This document shows positions 1 through 9,346 of a stretch of 64,000 bases of DNA, in pieces. The position numbers were made by a program, and so were the translations under genes. Within the stretch, counting starts at the first letter, position 1, and the number at the start of each line of letters is the position of its first letter. Location: contig JZEL01000012.1 of the NCBI GenBank assembly GCA_001567365.1, positions 1,215-65,214 on the forward strand, read 5' to 3'. Below the pieces are notes generated by a model, which was not told the DNA's origin, made no database searches, and saw only the letters and a program-made list of their open reading frames with translations. The DNA comes from Parcubacteria bacterium OLB19. GTDB lineage: Bacteria > Patescibacteriota > Minisyncoccia > Phycocordibacterales > UBA918.

Positions 1-440
1 CTGGCAACACCTGCGCGTACGTAGCCGTGCGCCAAGAAGAAACTCAAGGCGAGGGTGTTCTTCGCCGAGACAGTGCAGTAGACCTGTCTGACCCGATACC
101 TCTTCGCATACTCGTCGAGTTTGCGGAGAAGCATACGACTGACACCTTTGCCTCTGGCTTCCTCACGGACAATCAGCGGGCTGATTTTGACTGTACCTTG
201 GTACTTGGACACGAAGTTGAGGATGCCGACGATGTTGCCGTCTTCGTCATCCAACGCCACATACATCAACTGTTCAGCCGAGAAGTGACCTTTCTTGTCC
301 TTGTTGCCTTTGGAGGCAGTTTCGACGATGCGCTTTGCGTGTGCCCGATGGTCGCCACCGTAGAACGGTTCAAGATGCTGGTGCATCATCTCCGCCACGA
401 CGGGCAAATCATCGAGCCGAACTCTTCGTACTCGTATCAT
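1..440 (-). CDS. GNAT family N-acetyltransferase; the gene's 3' end runs off the window start
   Basis: The minus-strand frame reads MIRVRRVRLDDL...IVREEARGKGVSRMLL, which carries the GNAT motif A (R/QxxGxG). ATG is at 440-438 with an AAAGGAG Shine-Dalgarno 9 nt upstream. The listed + ORF 27..509 is its antisense shadow. Confidence 0.7.
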   Translation of the reverse strand, partial: MIRVRRVRLDDLPVVAEMMHQHLEPFYGGDHRAHAKRIVETASKGNKDKKGHFSAEQLMYVALDDEDGNIVGILNFVSKYQGTVKISPLIVREEARGKGVSRMLLRKLDEYAKRYRVRQVYCTVSAKNTLALSFFLAHGYVRAGVA

Positions 441-509
441 TGCAAGGAACTCCTTTCGTTGATTTGTTGCAGGGCAGTCACCCGACTGCTTGAGCAACAA
501 AAAGGTTGA

Positions 510-529
510 CGTACCCATCGATGGGTACG
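510..529. repeat. Perfect 20-bp palindrome CGTACCCATCGATGGGTACG between the ASCH and GNAT genes
   Basis: The sequence is its own reverse complement. On the minus strand it is followed by TCAACCTTTTTG. It could be a terminator for the upstream genes or an operator. Confidence 0.5.
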
Positions 530-556
530 GGCTGGATATTACAATATAAAAACTAT

Positions 557-898
557 TTAGTCAATCAATTCAAGACGGATGCCTACGACACCATACTTCT
601 GCTCATCCTCGTCAGAGTAGAACTGTTTTATCTGGTTCAAAAGGAAATCACGGCTCTCTTCGCCAAAAAGTGATGGCTCGTGGTCCGCAAAAAGTTCTTT
701 GAATGTTTGGTAGCGCAACAGCCCCTTTACTACCGTAGTGACGTTGTTCTCTGACTTGTCATTTTCACTGAAAACAATCTGGTCGCCGATAGAGATTGTT
801 TGCCGCTTCTCATCAAAAAGGCGGCTTTCGATAACTTTTTTGCCAGATGCGATGTTGTTGTATGGCTCTGTCGCCAACTTCATTTGGTGCTGTTGCAT
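557..898 (-). CDS. ASCH-domain protein (PUA-like fold; same family as E. coli YqfB)
   Basis: The sequence MKLATEPYNNIASGKKVIESRLFDEKRQ...GDQIVFSE matches the ASCH N-terminal signature. The ORF extends to a TTG at 970, which would overlap the upstream gene. I prefer the ATG at 898 or 883. Confidence 0.6.
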   Translation of the reverse strand: MQQHQMKLATEPYNNIASGKKVIESRLFDEKRQTISIGDQIVFSENDKSENNVTTVVKGLLRYQTFKELFADHEPSLFGEESRDFLLNQIKQFYSDEDEQKYGVVGIRLELID

Positions 899-947
899 AG
901 TTGGTCTATTTATATCGCAAAAAAGACCATAAAACAAGGCGCGCTTT

Positions 948-1709
948 CTAAATCCGCTTGAGTTGTTCAATAACCCTATCTGCGAGGTCTCGCTTGTCTA
1001 TCATAAACGCATCCCACTTGTTGTTCCCTTTCTTGGACTTGCCAGAGACGAAGCCGAGCAGGTCATTACGGTCTACGTGTGCCATTTTGATAAAGTCAGG
1101 TGCGGGCACGAACCAGATGTAATCGTGCACATCACCCTTTGAAGTATCGAAGAGGCAAAATACAAAGCCCATAGAGAAACTATCAACCGCATTGTGCTTC
1201 TTCACGGTGGCAACAAATGGCTTGCTGAAATCGCCACTAAAGTTGCTCTTCACTTGAATGTATACGGACTTCAACGTGCCTTTCTCCTTCACGATGAGGT
1301 CAATGCCTTCATCATCGGAAATAGGACGGTAGCAAGAGAGGTTCTCGCCATAGAGCGTAATGAGTTCGGCTACTCGTGCCTCAACAATGTTGCCTTTCTG
1401 TGGTGAGTTGAGCGTTGAGGAGATTTTGTATTCCTTCTGCTCTTGCTCCTCCTTGAGAGGCGTTTCCTTCTCTGTATTGGTCCCGTTGAGAGCAAAAGTG
1501 CTTGGACCCGTCTTTACGAAAAGCGATTGGTCGCCACGCTTGTTCACGTCCACGACCAGTTGGGCGTTCATCGTTGCCTTTGGGGTTTTACCTGCGGTCT
1601 TGAGCCATCCACGCTTGAGGGCAATGTCAGTTATGTCGTCAGAGTGCATTGGCACGCCCGCTTCCTTCAGTATCTCGTATGCAACTCCTTTGAAAGTATT
1701 TGTGTTCAT
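948..1709 (-). CDS. HARE-HTH (winged helix) N-terminal domain plus C-terminal PD-(D/E)xK restriction-endonuclease-like domain; Mrr-like putative nuclease
   Basis: The N-terminus GVAYEILKEAGVPMHSDDITDIALKRGW...ATMNAQL resembles HARE-HTH / Mrr_N. The C-terminus has DDEGIDLIV...VYIQVK, a (D)...(E/Q)xK core. Its start lies 6 nt after the res stop. Confidence 0.55.
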   Translation of the reverse strand: MNTNTFKGVAYEILKEAGVPMHSDDITDIALKRGWLKTAGKTPKATMNAQLVVDVNKRGDQSLFVKTGPSTFALNGTNTEKETPLKEEQEQKEYKISSTLNSPQKGNIVEARVAELITLYGENLSCYRPISDDEGIDLIVKEKGTLKSVYIQVKSNFSGDFSKPFVATVKKHNAVDSFSMGFVFCLFDTSKGDVHDYIWFVPAPDFIKMAHVDRNDLLGFVSGKSKKGNNKWDAFMIDKRDLADRVIEQLKRI

Positions 1710-1715
1710 AGTGAT

Positions 1716-4325
1716 TTATGCGTTGAGGGCTTGGATGGCATCAACAACCTTCTGCTGATGCGAGAGTACCGTTCCATTGAAGATGATGCGGTACTCAAAA
1801 TCAGAGTTCAGGTCATTGAACTCTCTGAAGCCAACCTCCTTCATTAGTGGGTTACTGGTAATCTGGTGCTTTGAAAGTTCGCCCTTTTCGAGCCGCTCCT
1901 TTTCTGCCTTATAGGTCAGTTCCTCATCAGCACCTTTGACCTCAAGGACCACATAGCGTCCAAATGAGGTCTCGATAAGGAAGTCAGGAAAATACTTGGA
2001 GAGTTTGTGCGACCCGTCTATGAGGTTCTCTTGGTAATCGAAGAAAAACTCATTGTGTTTTTCGTTGGTGATACCTCCAGTGAAGTACACGTCCTTCACT
2101 TGTTCGCCGTCTTTGAGATGGGACCGCAAATAGTGGAACATTTCCAACTCATCCTTACTGTCGAAGTTGTAGGGATTTACGTGAAAGCCGAGACGAGACG
2201 TTCTCCCGTCCTGCTCTTCTTGTTCACGGTAGACCACCAAACTGCGTGCGAAGGCATCCGTGTCTGTTTCTTGGAGTTCACGTTTTACGTTGATTTTGAA
2301 TGGAAACGCCTTGGTTAGTTCAAGCGTCTCTTCCTTGATGGTCTCTTTCTTTTCATAGGCGATTGCTTGCGAAAGTATTTGGTCCGCTATGCCGTGAATG
2401 ACCAGATAGTTCTTCTCAACCGCCTTCACGAGGTCCTTTCGACTAATACCGTTGGCATCCAAAACCTTATTGATTTCGACAAACTTCAAGTGGGTCTTTT
2501 TCTGAATGAGTGCGGCAATGTCATAGAAGCCAAACTGTCGCTCGTGGGTCTCCACAGCGTCAGATGTAACGGTTATCGGGTCCCTATAGACTGCCTTGCC
2601 ATCATCGCTCAAGGCAATCTCTCGCTCTTGAATGATAGGGATGAGCCGCTTTTCAGGGACCTTCTTGAGGTCTATCTTTATTTGCTCTGGCTCTATTTTC
2701 TTTGATGAAAGTATCTCTACGAGTTTCCGCTTCACCTTCACGGTTCGCTTCTTCTCAACCACCAAATCAACTTGTACCTCGTTCTGTGGTCTGCCTGTGA
2801 GGTGCGTAATGTTGGTATTGAAGTTGTTTTCCAACTCTCTGTTCAAGACACGGTAGTTTTCATCGGAAAGAAATACACGTGCCTTTACGCTGTTGTCTCC
2901 GATACGTCGCAAACAACGGCACGATGCCTGCAAGACAAAGTTATTACTGGTGGAGTTCTTATAGAGAGCGACAGCAACGAGCGATTTGCAGTTCCAACCT
3001 TCCGTGCCTTTGTTCACGAGCAAAATAAACTGCTTTTCACTCTCTGGTGTATCGAGGCGGTTGAACTCGTAATCCGCCTCCTTCTTACGGTCTCCCGTGA
3101 ACGAAGAGTGCCACACAACTTTCTTTGAGAGGGCTATTTTCCGCTTCTGAAGGGCTTTGTCGAGGTTTTCTTCGAGTTGTTCGAGCATTGATATATCTGT
3201 CGTGTAGAAGGCGATTTTAGGTAGCCGTCCCGTAATACGCCCCTCGCCATATTCCTTCCAAAAAATCTCCACGACAGAGTTCACAAAGTCCTCTGATTGC
3301 ACATCATCGCTACTACCGTGATTGCTCACAATGACCTGCTTCAAGATGCCTTTTTCAACGCCTTGCTGAAGCCCGAAGGTGTATACCGTATCGGTCAGCA
3401 TTATGTTCTGCACATACGGAGTTCCCGTGAGGTTCGCCACAGTCACCACGTTAGTGTTCTCTGCGAGGTGGTGGATGGTCTTGCGGGACTGATTGAGTTT
3501 CTTTGACACATCTTCGCCGTATGAGTGATGTGCTTCATCTACGAACACAGCAAGGTTCTCAAGCCCTTGGATGGCAAGGAGACGCTTGTTGGTACTCTCT
3601 TTACGAAGTTCAAAGAGACGATTGCCACGATGCTCGTCAGTCCAGTTTCGGAGAATGATTTTCGATGAGTTGGAAACGATGACGTTGTAGTTGCCGAGTG
3701 GATTGAGTGGCGTTTCTGGCTTCTCCAGATACCAATACTTCACATTGAGTAGGATGTCCTCGTACTCACGTGGAATGACAGAGCCGTAATCAAAGGTCTT
3801 TATCTCCTTGAGCACTTCAACGATGCCTGTGTCTGCGGGACCAAAAACAAGAGCGTTTTTTGCGAACCGTGTATCTTCTGGGTGATGGAAGGAGACCACG
3901 AACTCGTACATCATCAAAACGCCCATCAAAATTGTCTTACCTGCACCCATCGTGAGAGCAAGTACGTAGTTGGCATAGCCGTATTCTGCAAAGCCGAGTT
4001 CTTCCAGTTTCTTTTGGATACGCTCCGTACGCTTCTCTTTGGAAAGGTCGCCCCACAGTTCAATCACGCCTTGCTCAAAGCCAAGCACCTTCAAAAAATC
4101 CGTGCTCTCACCGGAAAAGTCAGCGACTATCTCTGGGACTGGTCGGTTGTTTTGTATCTCCTTGAGGTAGATGTAGGTCTCAAGGGCTTCACGTTGCGGC
4201 TCGTGAAGAAAGTTGTTGCTCTCGATATGAGCAAGGATGTTGCGGGTCTCTGGGTAAATGCCGTTGTAGCCCTCTTCTCGCCACTGTCGGACCCTATGTT
4301 GTAGTTCTTGAACGAATAGTTGCAT
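1716..4325 (-). CDS. res: Type III restriction enzyme Res subunit (SF2 helicase domains plus C-terminal PD-ExK nuclease)
   Basis: Walker A is LTMGAGKT and the DEAH box is VFVDEAHHS. Motif VI is QASCRCLRR. The C-terminus has VVLEVKG. It starts 4 nt after the mod stop. Confidence 0.85.
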   Translation of the reverse strand: MQLFVQELQHRVRQWREEGYNGIYPETRNILAHIESNNFLHEPQREALETYIYLKEIQNNRPVPEIVADFSGESTDFLKVLGFEQGVIELWGDLSKEKRTERIQKKLEELGFAEYGYANYVLALTMGAGKTILMGVLMMYEFVVSFHHPEDTRFAKNALVFGPADTGIVEVLKEIKTFDYGSVIPREYEDILLNVKYWYLEKPETPLNPLGNYNVIVSNSSKIILRNWTDEHRGNRLFELRKESTNKRLLAIQGLENLAVFVDEAHHSYGEDVSKKLNQSRKTIHHLAENTNVVTVANLTGTPYVQNIMLTDTVYTFGLQQGVEKGILKQVIVSNHGSSDDVQSEDFVNSVVEIFWKEYGEGRITGRLPKIAFYTTDISMLEQLEENLDKALQKRKIALSKKVVWHSSFTGDRKKEADYEFNRLDTPESEKQFILLVNKGTEGWNCKSLVAVALYKNSTSNNFVLQASCRCLRRIGDNSVKARVFLSDENYRVLNRELENNFNTNITHLTGRPQNEVQVDLVVEKKRTVKVKRKLVEILSSKKIEPEQIKIDLKKVPEKRLIPIIQEREIALSDDGKAVYRDPITVTSDAVETHERQFGFYDIAALIQKKTHLKFVEINKVLDANGISRKDLVKAVEKNYLVIHGIADQILSQAIAYEKKETIKEETLELTKAFPFKINVKRELQETDTDAFARSLVVYREQEEQDGRTSRLGFHVNPYNFDSKDELEMFHYLRSHLKDGEQVKDVYFTGGITNEKHNEFFFDYQENLIDGSHKLSKYFPDFLIETSFGRYVVLEVKGADEELTYKAEKERLEKGELSKHQITSNPLMKEVGFREFNDLNSDFEYRIIFNGTVLSHQQKVVDAIQALNA

Positions 4326-4329
4326 AGGG

Positions 4330-6178
4330 CTATTTGACTGTTATTTCGTGGGTCTCAAAATACTCTTCGCCGAGTACATCCACGATTTTGACCGCCACGG
4401 TGTAAGTACCTCCTCTCTCATAGGTGTGTGAGTAGGCGGTTTCGACCAGTTCACCCTTCTTCTCCTTGTGAAGGAACGCCTCCGCATTGAACGATGTATC
4501 CGCTTTCTTCTGACCTTCACCGTAGTTCACGTCAATCACGATGTGCTCGATGGCTTGGCGGTAATCAAAAATGTTTACACGCTCCTTCATAGACAAGCGA
4601 CCATCGTTTTCGAGTTCAAGACGCTTCATCAAGAGTGGCGAATAGTAGTCCTTGACCTCAACAGAAAGGGTCTTGCCTTTGGTGATGTAAGAGATGCTTG
4701 CTTCCGTTGGTTTCTTGAAATCAAGTTCCTTTTTGTCGGTTTGGATGTCTCGTATCTCAATCTCAACGCCTGTCTTGTTTTCTTTCTTGGCGAAGTCACG
4801 TACATCAAGTTCCGCTCCACTACAAATGACAACCACCTTATTCTCAAAGGTATTTTCTTTCTGCTTACTTGCAGTTTTCACCGTGAAGAGGTCCTTGTTC
4901 TTTTTGATTGCGTCAATGATTTCAGCAATGTCCATCTTTGAGAGGACCCGATTTGGCGAAATGATTTTCACATAATCCTGTCCAAGCGTACCGTCAAAAT
5001 CACCACGGGAAAGTTCATCTATCCTATAGGTCTCGATGAGAAGTTGCCGTGCCTGAAGGTCATTATTGAACACGTCGTAATGATTGACGTTGTAGACCTT
5101 GAAAGCGGTGAAGCCCTTGAAGTCCTTGCCGAACAGATTTTCCTTCATCTGCTCTTTGATGGTCCTGTTCAAACGCTCTGTCGTGGAAATAATCGAACCT
5201 TTGTTGATGTCGCATCCAAGCCACCTACGATTGAGTTTTTGAGCCACAGCACACGTTGTACCAGAACCAACGAAGCAATCGAGTACAAGGTCTCCTTCGT
5301 TTGAACCATATCGAATGACACGCTCCAACAACTCTTCTTTTTTCTGGGTTGGATAATCTACATACTCGTTCTTCGAGATGGTGCGTCCGATGTCCCACAC
5401 ATCATCAATGACTTTATCGGAATACTCTGCGTAGATTTTGTTACCATCCTCATCCAAGAGATTGACCGTCTTACCATCAACTTTTTTACGCAACGCACGC
5501 TTGGTGGTCTCTTCCTTTTGGATACGTACTTCGTTGCCAGTAAAATCCGCACTCTTTGAGTAGTGATATATCGTGTCGTGGTTCTTATCGAGTGACTTGC
5601 CACCAGTTGCAAACTTGTCGTGGTAATGCCAGACAATCTCGTTACGAAGGTTCTCCTCGCCAAAAATCTCATCCAAAATGAGACGCAGGTGTGCGTTTTT
5701 GTGCCAATCGCAATGAAGAAATATAGAGCCAGTGTCGGCAAGCAACTCACGCATTATCAAAAGCCGCTCATACATAAACTGGAGGTACTCATCCTTCTCC
5801 CACATATCGGTGTATTGCATCTCCTCAATCACGCTCTGCTCTACACCCTCGACCTTTTGACCGTTTATTTTGACCTTCTTGATATAGTCCGCCTTGCTGT
5901 CAAACGGAGGGTCAATGTATATCAAATCCACCTTGCCTCGATACTCCTTGAGGAGGTGTGCGAGGACTTGCTTGTTGTCACCCCAAAAAAAGTTTATTCC
6001 AATCCTTCGCCTTTACGTCGCCGTAGACCTCTTTTTCTTGAGCGGGAAACCAATCAATACTCTTCGGTGCACGCTTTCCATACCACTCAAGGAGTGCTCG
6101 ACCCTTTGCGGCAGAAAGTTTTTGAACGGTGTTTTTATCGCCACCACTGGCGGTTTTTGTTGTTGATTTTGTTTTCAT
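4330..6178 (-). pseudogene. mod: Type III Mod N6-adenine DNA methyltransferase, split by a -1/+1 frameshift at a T7 tract (minus-strand sense). N-terminal 66 aa is ORF 5978..6178; the catalytic body is ORF 4330..5931.
   Basis: The body has DPPF (IYIDPPFDSK) and FxGxG (VLDCFVGSGTT) in beta-class order. The upstream ORF reads ...WYGKRAPKSIDW...KDWNKLFLG* and runs into GDNKQVLAHLLKEYRGKVDLIYIDPPF in the next frame. One fewer T at 5985-5991 restores a single ORF. Confidence 0.75.
5985..5991. repeat. A7/T7 homopolymer, followed by GGGG, at the mod frameshift site
   Basis: + strand CCCCAAAAAAAG, minus strand CTTTTTTTGGGG. The frame change maps here. Confidence 0.8.
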
Positions 6179-6180
6179 AC

Positions 6181-6340
6181 CTTGGTCGGGTTTTATTTTC
6201 TGGCGGTGTTCTATGTGACCAACACAAAACTCCCCACCAGACAGAAAGCGACAACCGTTTCCGATTGCCCGTAACCCTTTCGGATTACGACCCGACCAAG
6301 AGTGCTCCTGCTGATGAGGAGTTTTCTATCTTGGTCGGGT
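6181..6340. promoter_or_regulatory. Three copies of the 11-mer CTTGGTCGGGT immediately upstream of mod: direct at 6181-6191, inverted at 6290-6300, direct at 6330-6340. Candidate operator.
   Basis: Exact matches read off the sequence. Copy 1 abuts the mod start codon at 6178-6176. Confidence 0.4.
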
Positions 6341-6400
6341 GTTTGGTGCCATACCTCAAGTGAGGGTTAGGCACGCTTGTAATGTTTTATGTCTTTTTCA

Positions 6401-6640
6401 TCATAGTTTTTGATTGAGCATCTTCACTATATCTTCCTTGCGGTAGCGTCGAACACGCTTTGCCCCAAGACGAATAGCAGGCAAGATGCCTTGCTTGTCC
6501 CATTGTCGAAGGGTATTTGGATGCACCTTCAACAACTCACACGCCTCGCTCAAAGTGAGTAGTTCTGGTACTTCTTTACTGTTGTCGTCTTTTTTTTGCC
6601 ATTTATTTTCTACCTCACATTTGATACCATTATCATACAC
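6401..6640 (-). CDS. Excisionase/MerR-type helix-turn-helix DNA-binding protein (Xis-like; possible controller of the R-M operon)
   Basis: The C-terminus ELLTLSEACELLKVHPNTLRQWDKQGILPAIRLGAKRVRRYRKEDIVKM is a classic excisionase-family HTH. The ORF runs to 6814 but would then overlap the + gene. An in-frame GTG at 6640 is a plausible start. Confidence 0.55.
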   Translation of the reverse strand: MYDNGIKCEVENKWQKKDDNSKEVPELLTLSEACELLKVHPNTLRQWDKQGILPAIRLGAKRVRRYRKEDIVKMLNQKL

Positions 6641-6695
6641 GACAGACACAACGTTCACAATGTGCACGGACCTGTGGATGCGGATGTAAATGTAG

Positions 6696-8945
6696 ATGGC
6701 ACGCAAAAAGAAGACAGTTGAAGACGGCTTGGCAGAAGCCGACGTGCTCCTGCCTTTGGATACCCTAAAAGAGATAGAGGGCTTCTTTCCGCTTGGAAAG
6801 CCAACCATTGACACGACTTACGGGATGCTTTCGCTCAAGGTAAATGAGATAAACGAGAGCGAGAAAGAAATCATCTACGAAGGGTCCAAAACCAACTTGT
6901 CACGCACCGTGAACATCCACGGCGAATACTCCAAGGAGGAGGTCATTTTCTATACCTACGTTCTTCTACACGCCAAATACGACAGTTGGAACCCGTTTAC
7001 ATCAGTGAAATCAGAGAAGGCGGACAAGAGTAACTTGGGTGATTTCTGCCACGACTTTTTTACCAAGGCGAAGGACTATACCTACAAAGGCGACAGAGAT
7101 GAGTTCAGCACAAAACGCATCTTCGAGATGTTTTTGTACTGCTCCGTACAAACCAAGGAGGAATACGACCTACCGCCATTTGAGGAGTATTGGCGTGTTT
7201 TTGAGGCAAAAGATGTCCTGTTGCCAACAACCTATGAACTTCTCTTCAAGCACGAAAAGAACTCCATCAGAAAGGAGGCGGTAGCCCAGAAAGCGTTTGC
7301 CGCACAGAAGGAGTTTATCTACCTACGATACCTGCTTGAGCAACTCTTTTCACGGAAGGAGTACAAGCACTTCATTGACCTCTATCTATCGAATACAGAT
7401 GTGGTAACAGGACACGGGACTTTTCCCTATGAAGCAGAACTGTACTTTGCGTTCGTTGAGAGTTGTATTGCATTGAAGGACTTTGAAACCCTTCAGAAAA
7501 ACCTTGTAGACAGGGACGCTATGCACTTGGGAGGACGCTATAGCAAATCCTTCTTTGAAGGGATTGCAAAGTATTTTGACGGCAAATATGCCGATGCCGA
7601 GGTTCACTTCAAGAAAGCCATTTTGTCTGATGATGAAGGTCGAGACGTGACCCGATGTGCCACCATCTTCTATATCGCCACCTTGCTCAAGCAGAAGAAA
7701 AACGATGCGGCAAAGGGATACATCTTCGACCTCAAGCCACGAGAACCATACGCCGAGAACTACGATTTGGATTATTTTGGTTATAAGGAAATCGAGAAGG
7801 AGTTACTTGCAGAACTCCAGAAACTCGATGTATCAGAAGAGCAGAAAAACGCTCTGAAGTTCTATGAAGCGTCTATCCTCTATGAGGGTTCTTGGCATCA
7901 CCACGACAAGGAAACAACATCTTCTTTGGTGAAGAAACTCAAGGAAGTACGTGGTTATGATAACGACTACACCTACCACCATCTTCTCTCTGAAGGATAC
8001 GCAAAACTTGGAGTTCACGACAAAGCGTACAAGGCATTACTGAAATCGTTTGCCTTTCAAGAGGGAGACATAGACGTTGGCTACTCTGCCTCTATAGAGA
8101 AAACATCGCCTGATTTTCAGGAAGGGTTGCTCTCTTATCTTGAAAAAGATGTGCTCATATATGGCAGTAAAGCGTGGAGTTCTTTGGCAAGAAATGAGTT
8201 GAGGAGTATTGCTGATTATTGGTGGAAGAACAAGAAATACGCTTTATTGACCGAACTTTGCAATCTGATTGTTGAATACGATGCGTCCTTCAATGACTTT
8301 GAGGACTACCTATTTGAGTTTGCCTACTCGTTCAAGGAAATCGGAGAAGCAGAAGACGCAAAGCACTATTACGAACTCTATATACAGAAAAAAGGTGAAA
8401 ACTCATCTGTGCTCAACAATCTCGCTATCATTTATGAGCAGTTGGGAAACTTGAAAAAAGCCAAGGAACTTATCAAAAAAGCACACGAACTTACGGATGG
8501 AAATGATGGTGTCGTCAATCGCAATAAAAAGCGTTTGGTAGACGATGAGAAATCAAAAGGGACCGCTACTGTACCAGAGAAGAAGACCACGGAAAATGCA
8601 AAGCCCGCAACCGACTTCATCGAGTATGACCCCGCCTATGGCAAACTCGTTTACCGTGGAAAAGAGAAAATGGTCAGAAGTTCACCGATGATGCCGATTA
8701 TGCTCAAAGAACTCTTTGGAAATCCTGCCAACACAAAAAATGCGGTGGACCTGCTTGAAATACTCAACAGGGACACCACTTCATCCAATCGAAGCATACT
8801 TGATTGCATCAGGCAGATAAACAAGAAAATCAAAGAACTGGGCGTGAAGGAAGACCCGTTTACATATAGGTCCGACAAAGTGCTCACCAAGGAAACATAC
8901 GTCCCGCTCCTGCGAATGAAGGTGAGCGAAGTTGAACCAAAGTAA
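6696..8945 (+). CDS. Large (749 aa) TPR-repeat protein with a winged-helix-like C-terminal region; function unknown
   Basis: It is a long uninterrupted ORF in GC-rich DNA. There is a TPR-like stretch (NLAIIYEQLGNLKKAKELIKKAHEL). No catalytic motif was recognised. Confidence 0.55.
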   Translation: MARKKKTVEDGLAEADVLLPLDTLKEIEGFFPLGKPTIDTTYGMLSLKVNEINESEKEIIYEGSKTNLSRTVNIHGEYSKEEVIFYTYVLLHAKYDSWNPFTSVKSEKADKSNLGDFCHDFFTKAKDYTYKGDRDEFSTKRIFEMFLYCSVQTKEEYDLPPFEEYWRVFEAKDVLLPTTYELLFKHEKNSIRKEAVAQKAFAAQKEFIYLRYLLEQLFSRKEYKHFIDLYLSNTDVVTGHGTFPYEAELYFAFVESCIALKDFETLQKNLVDRDAMHLGGRYSKSFFEGIAKYFDGKYADAEVHFKKAILSDDEGRDVTRCATIFYIATLLKQKKNDAAKGYIFDLKPREPYAENYDLDYFGYKEIEKELLAELQKLDVSEEQKNALKFYEASILYEGSWHHHDKETTSSLVKKLKEVRGYDNDYTYHHLLSEGYAKLGVHDKAYKALLKSFAFQEGDIDVGYSASIEKTSPDFQEGLLSYLEKDVLIYGSKAWSSLARNELRSIADYWWKNKKYALLTELCNLIVEYDASFNDFEDYLFEFAYSFKEIGEAEDAKHYYELYIQKKGENSSVLNNLAIIYEQLGNLKKAKELIKKAHELTDGNDGVVNRNKKRLVDDEKSKGTATVPEKKTTENAKPATDFIEYDPAYGKLVYRGKEKMVRSSPMMPIMLKELFGNPANTKNAVDLLEILNRDTTSSNRSILDCIRQINKKIKELGVKEDPFTYRSDKVLTKETYVPLLRMKVSEVEPK

Positions 8946-9030
8946 ACCTAACTTTGCTCAACAGGCAAAAAGTACGCTGACTGCGTGCTTTTTCTTTTTG
9001 GCTGAAAGAGTGCACTTACCACTAAAGCCA

Positions 9031-9333
9031 ATGCAAATGTTTATGCGTAAAAACAAGCAAGACGAGGGGCATATCCCCTTGGATGATTACACAAACTATT
9101 ACTACACCAACGACATTGACGTTGCCTCAATGCTCGTATGCAAGGGCTACAACCTCAAGGAGGTTGTAGCAATCTCGCACAACAAAGCGACCTTTGTGTT
9201 CAAGAACCACACTGCCATCAACGATGCCGTAGACGGATTTTGGAGCAATCGTATAGAGGTCCGCCCACTTGAGTTTGCAAATGCTCGCAAGAACTTGAAA
9301 TCACGCATATACGGGATGCGGAAAGGTTATTAG
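9031..9333 (+). CDS. Small protein (~100 aa) of a type seen next to mobile-element replication genes; function unknown
   Basis: The ORF 8932..9333 starts at TTG and overlaps the TPR gene. ATG at 9031 gives MQMFMRKNKQ...YTNDIDVASMLVCKGYNLKEV...FVFKN...RIEVRPLEF. Confidence 0.4.
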   Translation: MQMFMRKNKQDEGHIPLDDYTNYYYTNDIDVASMLVCKGYNLKEVVAISHNKATFVFKNHTAINDAVDGFWSNRIEVRPLEFANARKNLKSRIYGMRKGY

Positions 9334-9346
9334 CCCTCACCGCACA

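Noticed and set aside
27-509. Listed + strand ORF (160 aa)
   Set aside because: It is the antisense shadow of the GNAT gene, which has the acetyl-CoA-binding motif and a Shine-Dalgarno on the minus strand.
5978-6000. Programmed translational frameshift in mod
   Set aside because: There is no slippery heptamer plus downstream structure typical of programmed shifts. The site is a plain homopolymer, like the other apparently erroneous sites.
5620-6363. Listed + strand 247-aa ORF
   Set aside because: It overlaps the mod N-terminus and its upstream regulatory region in antisense. It has no motifs.
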